In this document: positions 1 through 9,404 of the stretch, piece by piece
Layout of the letters: every line of letters begins with the position of its first letter
Position numbering within the stretch: the first letter of the stretch is position 1
NCBI GenBank assembly: GCA_965116905.1
Contig: OZ220732.1
Span: 1,856,001 to 1,920,000 of the forward strand
DNA: 64,000 nucleotides
Origin: Longimicrobiales bacterium
GTDB taxonomy: Bacteria > Gemmatimonadota > Gemmatimonadetes > Longimicrobiales > Gaopeijiaceae
Reading direction: 5' to 3'
Notes under the pieces: generated by a model
Databases searched by the model: none
What the model was told of the DNA's origin: nothing
Seen by the model: only the letters and a program-made list of their open reading frames with translations
Made by a program: the position numbers and the translations under genes

Positions 1-1525
1 CCGAGCCGATGTCGGAGTGCGCGGAGACCGCATCGCCGCCGTGGGCAACCTCACGGGCCGCGAGGCCAGCCGCACGATCGACGCTGCCGACCGCGTGGTC
101 GCGCCGGGCTTCGTCGACATGATGGGCCAGGCCAGCCTCGTGCTGATCACCGATCCGCCGAGCGCCGAAAGCAAGCTGCGCCAGGGCATCACCACCTACC
201 TGTCCGGCGAAGGCGGCTCGGCCGCGCCCCAGAGCGAGGCCACGCTCAGCAATCCGCCCGTGATCGACGGCGACACGCTCCGCTGGCGGCGCTACTCCGA
301 GTACTTCGCGATCATGGAGCGCTACGGGATCCCGATCAACGTGGTCCACGACGTCGGCCTGACCCAGGTGCGGCGCGTGGTGCTCGGCGACGAGGACGTC
401 GCGCCTACGCCCGAGCAGCTCGAGCAGATGAAGGCGTTGGTAAGAGAGGGGATGGAGGATGGAGCCGTCGGCGTGTCCACGTCCCTGATCTATCCGCCAG
501 CGATCTACGCGTCCACGGAGGAGTTGGTCGCCCTCAGCGCGGTGGCCGGCGAGTACGGTGGCGTCTACTTCACGCATATGAGGAACGAGAGCCACGCGGT
601 TCTCGAAGCCATCCGCGAGGCCCTCACGATCGGCGAAGGCGCCGGCGTCCCCGTCCACATCTACCACCTCAAGGCGGCCGGCCAGCGCAACTGGCCCCTC
701 ATGGACGAGGCCCTTGCGCTCATCGACTCGGCGCGCACCGCCGGCATGGACGTCACCGCCGACATCTACCCGTACGTGCGCAACGGCATCGGCCTGGGCT
801 CGTTCCTGCACCCGCGCCACTACGCCCGCGGCACCGGGGCCTTCCTGGCCACGCTCGGCGACCCCGACCTGCGCGCCCGACTGCGCGAAGAGGTCGAGAC
901 CGATCCCGACTGGGAGAACTGGTACCAGCACGTCGGGATGGACTGGAACAACGTGCTGATCGTCTCGGCATCGGACGCCGTCGATCCGGGCGTGGTGAAC
1001 CGCTCGGTGGCCGAGGCGGCCGAGGTCCTCGGCACCGATCCCTGGAACGCCTTCTTCGATCTCGTGCAGGCGGGCGGCGTCAGCGTGAACCCGCTCAGCA
1101 TGAACGAGGAGCAGAAGTGGGCGGCGCTCAGGGCGCCGTTCGTCATGATCGACACCGATGCCTCGCCGGTGAACCCGGCCTCCGTGTCGAGCACGCACCC
1201 CCGGGCCTTCGGGGCCTTCCCGCGCGTGATCGCCAAGTACGTGATGGAGGACGGCGTGATCACGCTCGAGGAGGCCGTGCGCCGCATGACCTCGCTGGCG
1301 GCCCACCGACTGGGCATGTACGACCGCGGCATCGTCGCTCCCGGGATGGCCGCCGACCTGGTCGTGTTCGATCCCGCGCGGCTGCGCGACCGGGCCGACT
1401 TCGGCGCCGACGCGACGCTGCAGTCCGAGGGCGTGGATTACCTGTTCGTGAACGGCGCGCTGGTCATCGACGACGGCGAGCTGACCGACGCCAGACCGGG
1501 GAGGCTGCTCAGGCGGGGGGGGTGA
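1..1525 (+). CDS. N-acyl-D-amino-acid deacylase family amidohydrolase (5' end outside window)
   Basis: Motifs VAPGFVDM, YFTHMRNE, HIYHLK, HPRAFGAFPR, TLEEAVRRMTSLAA, GMAADLVVFDP; frame is open to the window edge. Confidence 0.9.
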   Translation, partial: RADVGVRGDRIAAVGNLTGREASRTIDAADRVVAPGFVDMMGQASLVLITDPPSAESKLRQGITTYLSGEGGSAAPQSEATLSNPPVIDGDTLRWRRYSEYFAIMERYGIPINVVHDVGLTQVRRVVLGDEDVAPTPEQLEQMKALVREGMEDGAVGVSTSLIYPPAIYASTEELVALSAVAGEYGGVYFTHMRNESHAVLEAIREALTIGEGAGVPVHIYHLKAAGQRNWPLMDEALALIDSARTAGMDVTADIYPYVRNGIGLGSFLHPRHYARGTGAFLATLGDPDLRARLREEVETDPDWENWYQHVGMDWNNVLIVSASDAVDPGVVNRSVAEAAEVLGTDPWNAFFDLVQAGGVSVNPLSMNEEQKWAALRAPFVMIDTDASPVNPASVSSTHPRAFGAFPRVIAKYVMEDGVITLEEAVRRMTSLAAHRLGMYDRGIVAPGMAADLVVFDPARLRDRADFGADATLQSEGVDYLFVNGALVIDDGELTDARPGRLLRRGG

Positions 1526-1574
1526 GGGGCTGCGTCGCGGCCGGGACGAATCGCGGCAGCGGATGAGCGCTCTG

Positions 1575-1595
1575 CGTTTCAGCTGAAACGTTTTT
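1575..1595 (+). terminator. Perfect 16-bp palindrome CGTTTCAGCTGAAACG followed by TTTTT; candidate intrinsic terminator or operator
   Basis: Seen directly, 50 bp after the deacylase stop. Confidence 0.4.
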
Positions 1596-1787
1596 CGGCG
1601 GGTGGCGCGGATCTACAGCGTCAGGTTGAACGGTCTGCTGTAGTTGATCACCAGCTGGCGTGGATGAAGCCGCGCGGGCACCGGGAGGGGCGAGGTGCCG
1701 GGCTGGCATGTGGTTGTTGATTCGCATCTTCTTGCGGTAAATGCATTTGCGTGTTCGACAGCCCGGATTCCCGCTGTTTGACTCCCG

Positions 1788-2691
1788 CTATTGCCGGTTT
1801 CCGTCGCGAGCCCGGCAGCGGTCTTCCAGAGCCTTCCCGTCCAAGAGGATCGCCCCTCGCGCCTCGCTCAACGCGGAGAGTGCCTCGGGAGTGACGGGAG
1901 TGGCGTGTTCATAGCCGGACTTGTCGTGCTCGGCGCGCCAGAGGATCGTCCCGCCCTCGAAGTCGATGTCCGCCCACCGAAGCTGGCGGATGGAACCGAT
2001 CCGGTGCCCCGTCTCGTGCGCGAGCACGAGCGCGACGTGAAACCGCCAGTCCACCCGGCGCGACACCTTCAGCAGCGCCCGGTACTCCTCCTCAGTGAGC
2101 ACCACCCGGGTGGGGTTCTTTTCCGTGGGGGTCCTGAGACCTCTCAGCGGATTCCGGTCGAGCAACCACCGGCCTGCTCGTCCCGGGACTTCGCGGCCCA
2201 ATTCAGGACCGCGACCAGGAGCTTGAGGTCGTATTCGACGGTTCGATCCGAAACGTGCCTGCCGCTCGGGCCGATCCTGCCCGCCCTCCGCTCCCGGATG
2301 AAACGGTCCCAGTCCCGTTGTGACAGGGTGGCGGGGTCGCGGCTTCGTCCGAAGAACCGGAGGAACATCCGCATCGCGGCGCGGTCATGCCCCCGCGAAT
2401 GAGCGCCCTTGGTGGGCGTCACCTCCTCACCGTAGATGTCAAAGAGCTTCTCCAGCGTGAGCAGCTCGGGCTTGGCCTCTCCGGCGCGTCGATGAACCCG
2501 GCGGCGAACTGATCCGCCTGCCTCTTTGCGCGCCTCCAGTCGCGATGTTTCAGCGACCGGCTCAGCCTTCGGCCGTTCTCGCGCCACCCAATCTGAAAGA
2601 GGCCGGTCTTGGGGTCGGGAAAGATCGTCACCCGGTTCCGGCCCCACTCGCCGGCGCCGTAGCTCCGCCGGCTTCGTTTCGTGCGTGCCAT
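1788..2691 (-). pseudogene. Tyrosine recombinase/phage integrase pseudogene (two frameshifts plus internal deletion)
   Basis: ATG at 2691 with GAGAGGA RBS. MARTKRSRRSYGAGEWGRNR...FAAGFIDAP, shifting to EAKPELLTLEKLFDIY...DRTVEYDLKLLVAVLNWA, shifting to NPLRGL...LAHETGHRIGSIRQLRWADIDF (catalytic Arg box). The HxxR/Tyr region is missing before the C-terminal KALEDR. Confidence 0.85.
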
Positions 2692-2916
2692 CGTTCGATT
2701 CCTCTCGATTGATGGACTGCACGATCTGCGCAACGCAATCTCGCTGGCCGCGGGCTGTTTGACCAGTGCGACACCCGTGCCGTTCAGTTCGCGAAGCCGA
2801 CCCGAGCCCTTCGTCGAGAACCGATGGAGGAGTGGCCGCCAAGGCCGTTCCCGTATCCGAGGCCGCGCCGGACGGCTCGGGACGATCACCCAAGTCGTTT
2901 CTCGGGCTTCTGGGAC

Positions 2917-3450
2917 CTACCTCCGTCGCGCCCAAAGCCAACGTAACATGCCCGAACGCTCCGGAGCGGACACCTGAGGCTCAACATGGGATGCGTACGC
3001 CTTCTTTATCGCATCCTTCATAGCGTGCCGGTAGGCTTCCTCTGCTTCGCGCAAGGCCGATTCCCGTTGGTCGGTCAAGTTCTGGTCCGGAGGTACTTGT
3101 CCGAGAGCAGCCGTGAGTTCCTTCCTTTTCGTTTGAGCTTCGGAACCAGCATCATCGACTCTTCGTCTCAACTCCTCTGGAACCGCCGGTCGCGCGCGTT
3201 CGAATACCGCTCTCGCCGCCTCAAGCAGCCTTCGTCGGCGCTTGAGCGCTGCCTGCGCCGGATCATCGCCCTCGACGTGCGGCGCTACGGTCGAAGGCAG
3301 GTCAACCATATCAATGTGGGCTTGCAGAAGTATGGTTAGCCGCTCACCTCGCTGTTGCGATTCCCTCTGGCGGCGGGAAATCGTCCGGCTAAACCAACCA
3401 GAAATGATGGCGGCAATGACGCCACTGAAGAGGATCGTCGGCCAATCCAT
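2917..3450 (-). CDS. Hypothetical protein, N-terminal TM helix plus helical body
   Basis: MDWPTILFSGVIAAIISGWF start inside ORF 2917..3864; lower GC than flanks. Confidence 0.55.
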   Translation of the reverse strand: MDWPTILFSGVIAAIISGWFSRTISRRQRESQQRGERLTILLQAHIDMVDLPSTVAPHVEGDDPAQAALKRRRRLLEAARAVFERARPAVPEELRRRVDDAGSEAQTKRKELTAALGQVPPDQNLTDQRESALREAEEAYRHAMKDAIKKAYASHVEPQVSAPERSGMLRWLWARRR

Positions 3451-4194
3451 CGCTTCGCTATTTTCCAAAATGAGAATTTGCCCAAGCCCACCCAACTCAA
3501 ACGTGCGGCACGCCAGCAACCTTCGCAAGGAGACTGAAGCTTCGGGGAGCCATCGCGTTCTGGTGACGCCCCCTGCTTCGCTCAGCGCATGCTGGCCCTC
3601 CCGCAGGGATATTTGTTCGGGAGCGACCCGGCATGAGGGGCGAGGGTGTGCAAGCACGCTCGCCTCTATTGCCGTACCGATCCTTCGGCGAGGGGGTCGC
3701 TCCCCTCCACGGCCTGAGTGGCTACTGTTGCCACGACCGGCCGTGCGGCGGTACCGCAAGACCTTGCCGTGCCGACGGATACGCCGGGGTAGCCGGTGTG
3801 CATCACCGGAACGCCAAAGTGTGCATCGACCCCCGTTGTTTCTTTCACACCTCCGGCCCGGCACGAGACATCAGGCCTCCCAGTAGAATCGAGCCCCGGT
3901 CGGCCGATCCGTCATCCACGTGTCGACCCGTTCCGTCCGCCCCGCACGCCTGCGCGCGCGATGCTCAAGTGCGACGGCGCGCTTCAGGGCGGCCTGCAGG
4001 ACTCCTGACCGAGCTACATGCGAGAGGGAGGCAAGAACCCCGACCAAACCAGCGCCCGACACAGTGTTGCAGAAAGCCGACTTGGTCCCCATCCTGTGGT
4101 TAGTCGATCCGGGTCTGCTCCGCGAAAGCCGCGTCACTGGAATCGAGGGCGGCGCCCCGAAGGTTCGGACATCAGCACCGCCCGGGAGGAAAGC

Positions 4195-5544
4195 ATGAGC
4201 AGGGCGCACTTGGGACCGATCGTCGTCGCACTGGCCGTTGTCCCGCCCGGCGCGGCGCAGGCCCAGGAGGCTTTTGGGGCGGTCGTATGCGTGGGGAGCA
4301 AGTTGGAGAGCATGGCGAACGCCGGGCCGGTACGGCGGGTGGTCCAGAAGGATGTCGAGCTGGTCTACCGCGCGGCGGTCGCATTCGCGGACCGGGACCG
4401 GATCGAAGCGGGCCTTGTGGAGGAGTTGGAACAGACGGAGGTCCGCTGCGTGTGGTCGGAGCCCGGGAACACGCATGTGGTGGTGGTGAAGTACACGGGG
4501 GTGATTCCGCTCGACCTGACGATCGACCCGGATGATCCGCGATTCGACGGTTTTTCGGTGGGGTACGGAACGGACTGGGATGGAGCGGAGGCGAACGCGA
4601 GGCTCGACGCCCGTTTCGACACGTACTACGACCGCCAGGGCTACGAGGTGATCGTGCGGGAACAGTGGAATGCGGGGGGTGCGCGGCAGCCCGCCGGCGC
4701 GGCGCGGGAGGCGCCCCGCCCGGCTGCGGCGGCGGTTGCACCGGGTGGAGGAGGGGACCGGCGGGCCGGCGAGCGCTTCAGTGACTGCGCGGCCTGCCCG
4801 GAGATGGCGGTGGTGCCCGCGGGAAGCTTCATGATGGGGTCGCCGGAGTCGGAGGAGGGGAGGTGGGACGACGAGGGGCCACGCCGCCGGGTGACGATCG
4901 GCAGGCCGTTTGCGGTGGGCGTGTACGAGGTGACGTTCCCCGAGTGGGACGCGTGCGTGGCGTCCGGAGGGTGCGGGGGCTACCGGCCGGGGGATGAGGG
5001 GTGGGGGCGTGGGAGCCGCCCGGTGATCAACGTAAGCTGGGAGGATGCGCGGGAGTACGTCCGGTGGCTGTCCCGGGAGACCGGCGAGGAGTACCGGCTG
5101 CTGACGGAGGCGGAATGGGAGTACGTAGCCCGGGCCGGGACGCAGACGGCGCGGTACTGGGGGGAGAGTGAGTCGGGGCAGTGCCGGTTTGGCAATGGAG
5201 CGGATGCAGCGGCGTTGGCGGAAAACCCGGACTGGATAACGGTATCCTGCAATGACGGTTACAGTCGGACAGCGCTGGTAGGCCTGTTCGAGCCGAACGG
5301 ATTTGGACTGTACGATGTTCTGGGGAATGTCTGGGAGTGGACGCAGGACTGCTGGAACGAGAGCTATTCGGGGGCACCGGCGGATGGCAGCGCGTGGAGT
5401 TCGGGTGATTGTTCCCTGCGTGTGTTGCGCGGCGGCGCCTGGTACCTCGAACCGGGGAACCTCCGTTCGGCGTACCGCGACAGGGACTCGACCGGGACCC
5501 GGAACAACCGCCTCGGTTTCCGGGTCGCCCAGACCATGAATTGA
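4195..5544 (+). CDS. Secreted FGE-sulfatase (SUMF1)/C-type-lectin-fold protein; probable DGR target
   Basis: GGAGGA RBS, signal peptide ending AAQA; CPEMAVVPAGSFMMGS, YEVTFPEW, PVINVSWEDA, YRLLTEAEWEY, NGFGLYDVLGNVWEW, RVLRGGAW...GFRVA. Confidence 0.92.
   Translation: MSRAHLGPIVVALAVVPPGAAQAQEAFGAVVCVGSKLESMANAGPVRRVVQKDVELVYRAAVAFADRDRIEAGLVEELEQTEVRCVWSEPGNTHVVVVKYTGVIPLDLTIDPDDPRFDGFSVGYGTDWDGAEANARLDARFDTYYDRQGYEVIVREQWNAGGARQPAGAAREAPRPAAAAVAPGGGGDRRAGERFSDCAACPEMAVVPAGSFMMGSPESEEGRWDDEGPRRRVTIGRPFAVGVYEVTFPEWDACVASGGCGGYRPGDEGWGRGSRPVINVSWEDAREYVRWLSRETGEEYRLLTEAEWEYVARAGTQTARYWGESESGQCRFGNGADAAALAENPDWITVSCNDGYSRTALVGLFEPNGFGLYDVLGNVWEWTQDCWNESYSGAPADGSAWSSGDCSLRVLRGGAWYLEPGNLRSAYRDRDSTGTRNNRLGFRVAQTMN
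5419..5544 (+). other. Putative DGR variable region (VR) and IMH
   Basis: RGGAW-YLE-PGNLRSA-Y-R-D-R-D-STG-T-RNN-RL-GFRVA. Positions that are Asn (AAC) in typical FGE-type templates are NNC codons here (TAC, CTC, TAC, GAC, GAC, ACC, AAC, AAC, CGC, CTC). Confidence 0.65.
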
Positions 5545-5582
5545 CTCCTGCATCCTTACCTTCTCACCTCCTGCGCGGGGGT

Positions 5583-5617
5583 CCAGGGACGGCGCCCCCT
5601 GGTCGCGGCACGCGACC
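5583..5617 (+). promoter_or_regulatory. Tandem hairpins 3' of VR (candidate DGR homing stem-loop)
   Basis: CCAGGG(5583-88)/CCCTGG(5597-5602) and perfect GGTCGCG-GCA-CGCGACC (5601-5617). Confidence 0.6.
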
Positions 5618-5697
5618 ATAGTCAGATACCCGGACCGGAAGCAGACTTGACGCAAGCGGAGGCGAACGAATCGAGTGTGCCTCGCCCGGAGGCGCCA

Positions 5698-5791
5698 AAG
5701 CACTCCGGCGATGGCGCCCGTGAGACCGGTCCCGCCCTCGAGCTCGACTACCGCTTCATCCTCTGGCTCGTCCCCACGCTGGACCGGTTCC
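5698..5791 (+). pseudogene. avd: DGR accessory protein Avd, 5' fragment
   Basis: Not in ORF track. Frame reads GDGARETGPALELDYRFILWLVPTLDRF, resembling the bAvd-family N-terminus (ETGPALE..Y.F.LWL.P...FP). GGAGG RBS is followed by AAG where ATG is expected. Confidence 0.7.
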
Positions 5792-5840
5792 GGCCCGATG
5801 CGCCGGCGCCGTAGGAGCGCCGGCTTCGTTTCGTGCGTGC
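5784..5840 (-). mobile_element. Second fragment of the same integrase (N-terminus)
   Basis: ARTKRSRRSYGAGASGRNR, nearly identical in DNA to ~2633-2688. Confidence 0.85.
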
Positions 5841-6327
5841 GACCTGCGCGTTGTGAAACTCTGCGCGGGCAGGCGCGTCGTTACCGACGGGCGGTTGACC
5901 GCGTACTGGGTGTTGCGGCATTCGGTCCAACTACACCGAGCACCAGTCGGACGGTGGGCGGAGGCGCCGCCCGAGCATCATCCCCGTTCCGCCCCGGCCA
6001 CGAGGCCCCGAGCGCGGCGGGGGAGGGTTCGAGCGATGACCCCTTGATGTTGGCATTACAGTGTGACCAGTGTTCGAACGACCATCGCGTCGACCATCGC
6101 GCGCGGCAACCCGGATGTCCTATTTTGCACTGCCGACCTGGCGTTCCAGCGAATCGGAAGGAGTTACCATGGGGCAAGAAGATGCCCACCAAACAGACCG
6201 ACAGCGGTGCCGCGACCGGTTGCCAGTGCGAGCCATGGGCGATGGCCGATACGTTCTGCGGCTCGATTGTGGAGAGCATGCTTCCCGGTGTCGCTGGAGG
6301 CAGGCTGGACGCGCCTGAGTCTGACAC

Positions 6328-8682
6328 GTGACTACACCTACCGAGGCCCGACCGAAGACCATCGACGGACGCGCTCGCACCGTCTGGGATCTGCTCCACA
6401 GGGCCAAGTACGCTATCGATTTCTACCAGCGGGAGTACGCATGGAAGGAGCGTCAGGTCCGCGAGCTGATCGACGACCTCACGGGCAAGTTCCTCGACTC
6501 GTACGAACCCGGTCATTCGCGTCACGAGGGTGAGAGGTACGGCCACTACTTCCTCGGCTCCATCGTCATCAGCCACAAGCGCGGACAGCGGTTCGTCGTG
6601 GACGGACAACAGCGCCTGACGACATTGACGCTCCTGCTCATCCACCTCCATCGGCTTCAGGAGGGGCGCGACAAGACCGTAGAGGTGCAGCATCTCGTCT
6701 ACTCTGATTATCGCGGTCGGAAGAGCTTCAACCTTGACGTTCCCGACCGGGCAGAGGTGATGGAGAAGCTGATGGCCGGCAAGCCGCCTGAGGTGAACGG
6801 CGAGAGCGAATCCGTCCGCAATATCGTCGCCCGGTACAGCAACATCGCGGACCACCTTCCCGAAGAGGTAACCGGGTCCGCACTTCCCAGTTTCGTGGAC
6901 TGGCTGTTGTACAACGTGCACCTCGTCGAGATCGAAGCATTCTCGGATGAGGACGCCTACACGATCTTCGAGACGATGAACGACCGGGGCCTGAGCTTGA
7001 GCCTCCCGGAGATGCTCAAGGGGTACGTGCTGGCCAACATCCGCCAAGAGGACGACCAGAAGGCGGTGAACCAGACTTGGAAGAGCCACATGCAACGCCT
7101 GAAGGAACTGGGCGATGAGGAGGACGTGGACTTCTTCAAGAACTGGCTCCGCGCGCGGCACGCCGAGACTATCCGGGCCGGGAAGAAGGGAGCGGAGAAC
7201 CGCGACTACGAGCGGATCGGCACGGAATTCCATCGTTGGGTGCGGGACCAGCGCCAGCGGCTGGGGCTCACCGAGTCCGACGCCTTCTACCGCTTCGTCT
7301 CCCGCGATCTCAACTTCTACGCTCGACGCTCGGCCGAGATCCGCAAGGCCGCGGGCAATCTGACGCCCGACTGGGAGTCCGTCTACTACAACGAGGACCG
7401 GGGGTTCACCCTCCAGACCCAAGCTCTGCTTGCCCCCCTCGCGCCGGACGACGATGCCGACGAGATCAGGCGGAAGGTCGCACTTGTGGCTGACTTCCTC
7501 GACATCTGGCTGGCACGGCGGGTGTGGAACTTTCGCACGATCAGCTACTCGTCGGTCAAGTACACGCTGTTCACCCTGACGAGAGAACTGCGCGCGAAGG
7601 ACTCTGGCGACCTGTCGGCGTTTCTGCTCGGGCAACTCGACGAGCAGCAGGAGCGCTTCGCTAGCGAGCCCCGCTTCCGGCTGCACCATCAGAACTACCG
7701 GCAGGTGAGGCACATCCTGGCTCGGCTGTCGCACTGGGTAGACGTGCGGTGCGGCCTATCGTCGAGCTTTCAGGACCTAGCTTCGAGAGGACGGGCACGA
7801 CCGTTCGAAATCGAGCACATCTGGGCGGACCACTACGACCGGTTCAGCGACTGGTTCGCCCACCCGAGCGACTTCCAAACCGAGCGCAACAAGCTCGGGG
7901 GCCTGCTCCTCCTACAGCGCGGTGTGAATCAGAGCATCGGTGACGCCACCTACGAGGCCAAGCGGGACGCCTACCTCTCGAACAGCCAGAACCTCCTCGC
8001 TCGGAGCCTTCACCCGCTCGCGTACAAGAACCTGCCCGAATTCCAGCGGCTGCTGGACCGGACGGGCCTGCCGTTCCGCGCCTACGACTCATTCGGTCCC
8101 GAGCAGCTGGCGCAGCGACAGGAACTCTACATTCGCATCGCCGAGTGGGTGTGGAATCCGTCGCGACTCGATCTCGACGGGGAGAAGCCGCCTACGCCAG
8201 AACTCATCGCTGAGCATCAGAAGGAGGTGTCGAACGCGACCGGCCGACGGGACCGGAGCGATGCGTGCTTTGACTTCTGGCAAGCCCTCCTGGCCCATGC
8301 GAAAGAGGTCTCCGACCTACATTCGCGGATTTCGGCGAGCCGCATGAACTGGATCGGCACGCGGAGACACGGGCAGTGGTGGAACTACGTGGTCCTGCAA
8401 CATGAGGCGCGAGTGGAACTGTATATCGACGCTCCGCAGGCCGCGGACAACAAGGCCCTGTTCGACGCTCTGTACAGCGACCGTGAGGCCATCGAGGCCG
8501 ATTTCGGCGCGGCGCTCTACTGGCAGCGTCTCGACGACAAACGCGCTTCCCGGATCAGTTTCGCCGTACCGGGAGGGTGGGTGGACTCCGAGGCTTGGCC
8601 GTCTGCGGTTAGTCGCGCCGTCGACGCGATGCAGCGTTTGTACAACGCTATTTCCCCTCGCGTCGAGGTCGCCACGGCGTGA
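6328..8682 (+). CDS. GmrSD-family type IV restriction protein (DUF262+DUF1524/HNH) with C-terminal DUF4268-like domain
   Basis: YQREYAW, VVDGQQRLTTL, FETMNDRG, FEIEHI, NKLGGLLLL; C-terminal RVELYID...IEADFG..LYWQRLDDKRASRI. Confidence 0.88.
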   Translation: MTTPTEARPKTIDGRARTVWDLLHRAKYAIDFYQREYAWKERQVRELIDDLTGKFLDSYEPGHSRHEGERYGHYFLGSIVISHKRGQRFVVDGQQRLTTLTLLLIHLHRLQEGRDKTVEVQHLVYSDYRGRKSFNLDVPDRAEVMEKLMAGKPPEVNGESESVRNIVARYSNIADHLPEEVTGSALPSFVDWLLYNVHLVEIEAFSDEDAYTIFETMNDRGLSLSLPEMLKGYVLANIRQEDDQKAVNQTWKSHMQRLKELGDEEDVDFFKNWLRARHAETIRAGKKGAENRDYERIGTEFHRWVRDQRQRLGLTESDAFYRFVSRDLNFYARRSAEIRKAAGNLTPDWESVYYNEDRGFTLQTQALLAPLAPDDDADEIRRKVALVADFLDIWLARRVWNFRTISYSSVKYTLFTLTRELRAKDSGDLSAFLLGQLDEQQERFASEPRFRLHHQNYRQVRHILARLSHWVDVRCGLSSSFQDLASRGRARPFEIEHIWADHYDRFSDWFAHPSDFQTERNKLGGLLLLQRGVNQSIGDATYEAKRDAYLSNSQNLLARSLHPLAYKNLPEFQRLLDRTGLPFRAYDSFGPEQLAQRQELYIRIAEWVWNPSRLDLDGEKPPTPELIAEHQKEVSNATGRRDRSDACFDFWQALLAHAKEVSDLHSRISASRMNWIGTRRHGQWWNYVVLQHEARVELYIDAPQAADNKALFDALYSDREAIEADFGAALYWQRLDDKRASRISFAVPGGWVDSEAWPSAVSRAVDAMQRLYNAISPRVEVATA

Positions 8683-8859
8683 ACGGTACGGTGTTCGCGG
8701 TTCCGTTCATGCTCCTTCCCAAGGCGTGGTTCTGGCCCAAGTTCGCTGGCTACCGACGGCGGGGAGGAAACAGTCGGAGGGCGGCGGCCCGCACGTCGGT
8801 GGACAGTCCGAAGATGACGGCGACGGCCAGCGCCCCGAGGGCAACGTAGAGGAGCAGGC

Positions 8860-9213
8860 TCACGGCCCGACCTCCGGGAACCGATCCGACTGCTCGCCCG
8901 CCGGTATCTGGCGGAGCTTCCGCACCGCGCGCGACACGTCGCGGGCATCGGAGCGGATCAGGAGCCAATCGTCGCCGAACCGGGTCAGGCGGACCCAACA
9001 CAACCCGTCCCCGGCTTCGTCGATAGCAACGACTTCGCGGGCGTGGATTCTCCGCCTGTAGGCTTGCCCGATGATTCCGGTGTCGCTCACGGAATGAACT
9101 TGCCCCCATGATGGTGTAATCCTGCTCATCGGGCGACCACGGTTTGATCCGATGCTGCCCGGGCGCGGGACTTGTCGCAGGACGCCGACGAACTTCCCGA
9201 ATAGGCTGGTCAT
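8860..9213 (-). CDS. Small hypothetical protein
   Basis: Plausible globular composition; start uncertain. Confidence 0.3.
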   Translation of the reverse strand: MTSLFGKFVGVLRQVPRPGSIGSNRGRPMSRITPSWGQVHSVSDTGIIGQAYRRRIHAREVVAIDEAGDGLCWVRLTRFGDDWLLIRSDARDVSRAVRKLRQIPAGEQSDRFPEVGP

Positions 9214-9404
9214 CGGGATGCGCCGTCAAGGGAGAAGGGGCGATGACGCCCCCGCGCGCGCGCTCCTATCCGGGGCGCGGGTCTTCTGGGTTCGAAGGGC
9301 TGGAGTATGCTGCTCGGCCAAAAATGCACCGGCACTGTCTCAGTGGCGGTCTCCAGTAGCGGGGGCTGGGGTTGGACGGTGGCATGGGGTCTCCGACTCA
9401 ACCC

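Noticed and set aside
1526..1787. tRNA or att core at the island's left edge
   Set aside because: No cloverleaf or T-loop motif, and no duplicated core found at the other end
1788..2691. Programmed frameshifting yielding an active integrase
   Set aside because: Two independent indels and loss of the HxxR/Tyr region indicate decay
3666..3848. 60-aa minus-strand peptide
   Set aside because: SD abuts the start codon and there is no recognisable motif; unsupported
4195..5544. Catalytic formylglycine-generating enzyme
   Set aside because: Lacks the catalytic Cys pair after RGGxW, and no sulfatase is nearby
5545..6327. Complete DGR (TR and reverse transcriptase)
   Set aside because: No AAC-rich copy of the VR and no RT-like ORF noticed on either strand in the window
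3871..7734. Long minus-strand ORFs 3871..5703 and 5881..7734
   Set aside because: Antisense shadows of well-supported genes, common at high GC; likewise 19407..21428, 24831..27182 and 42261..44711
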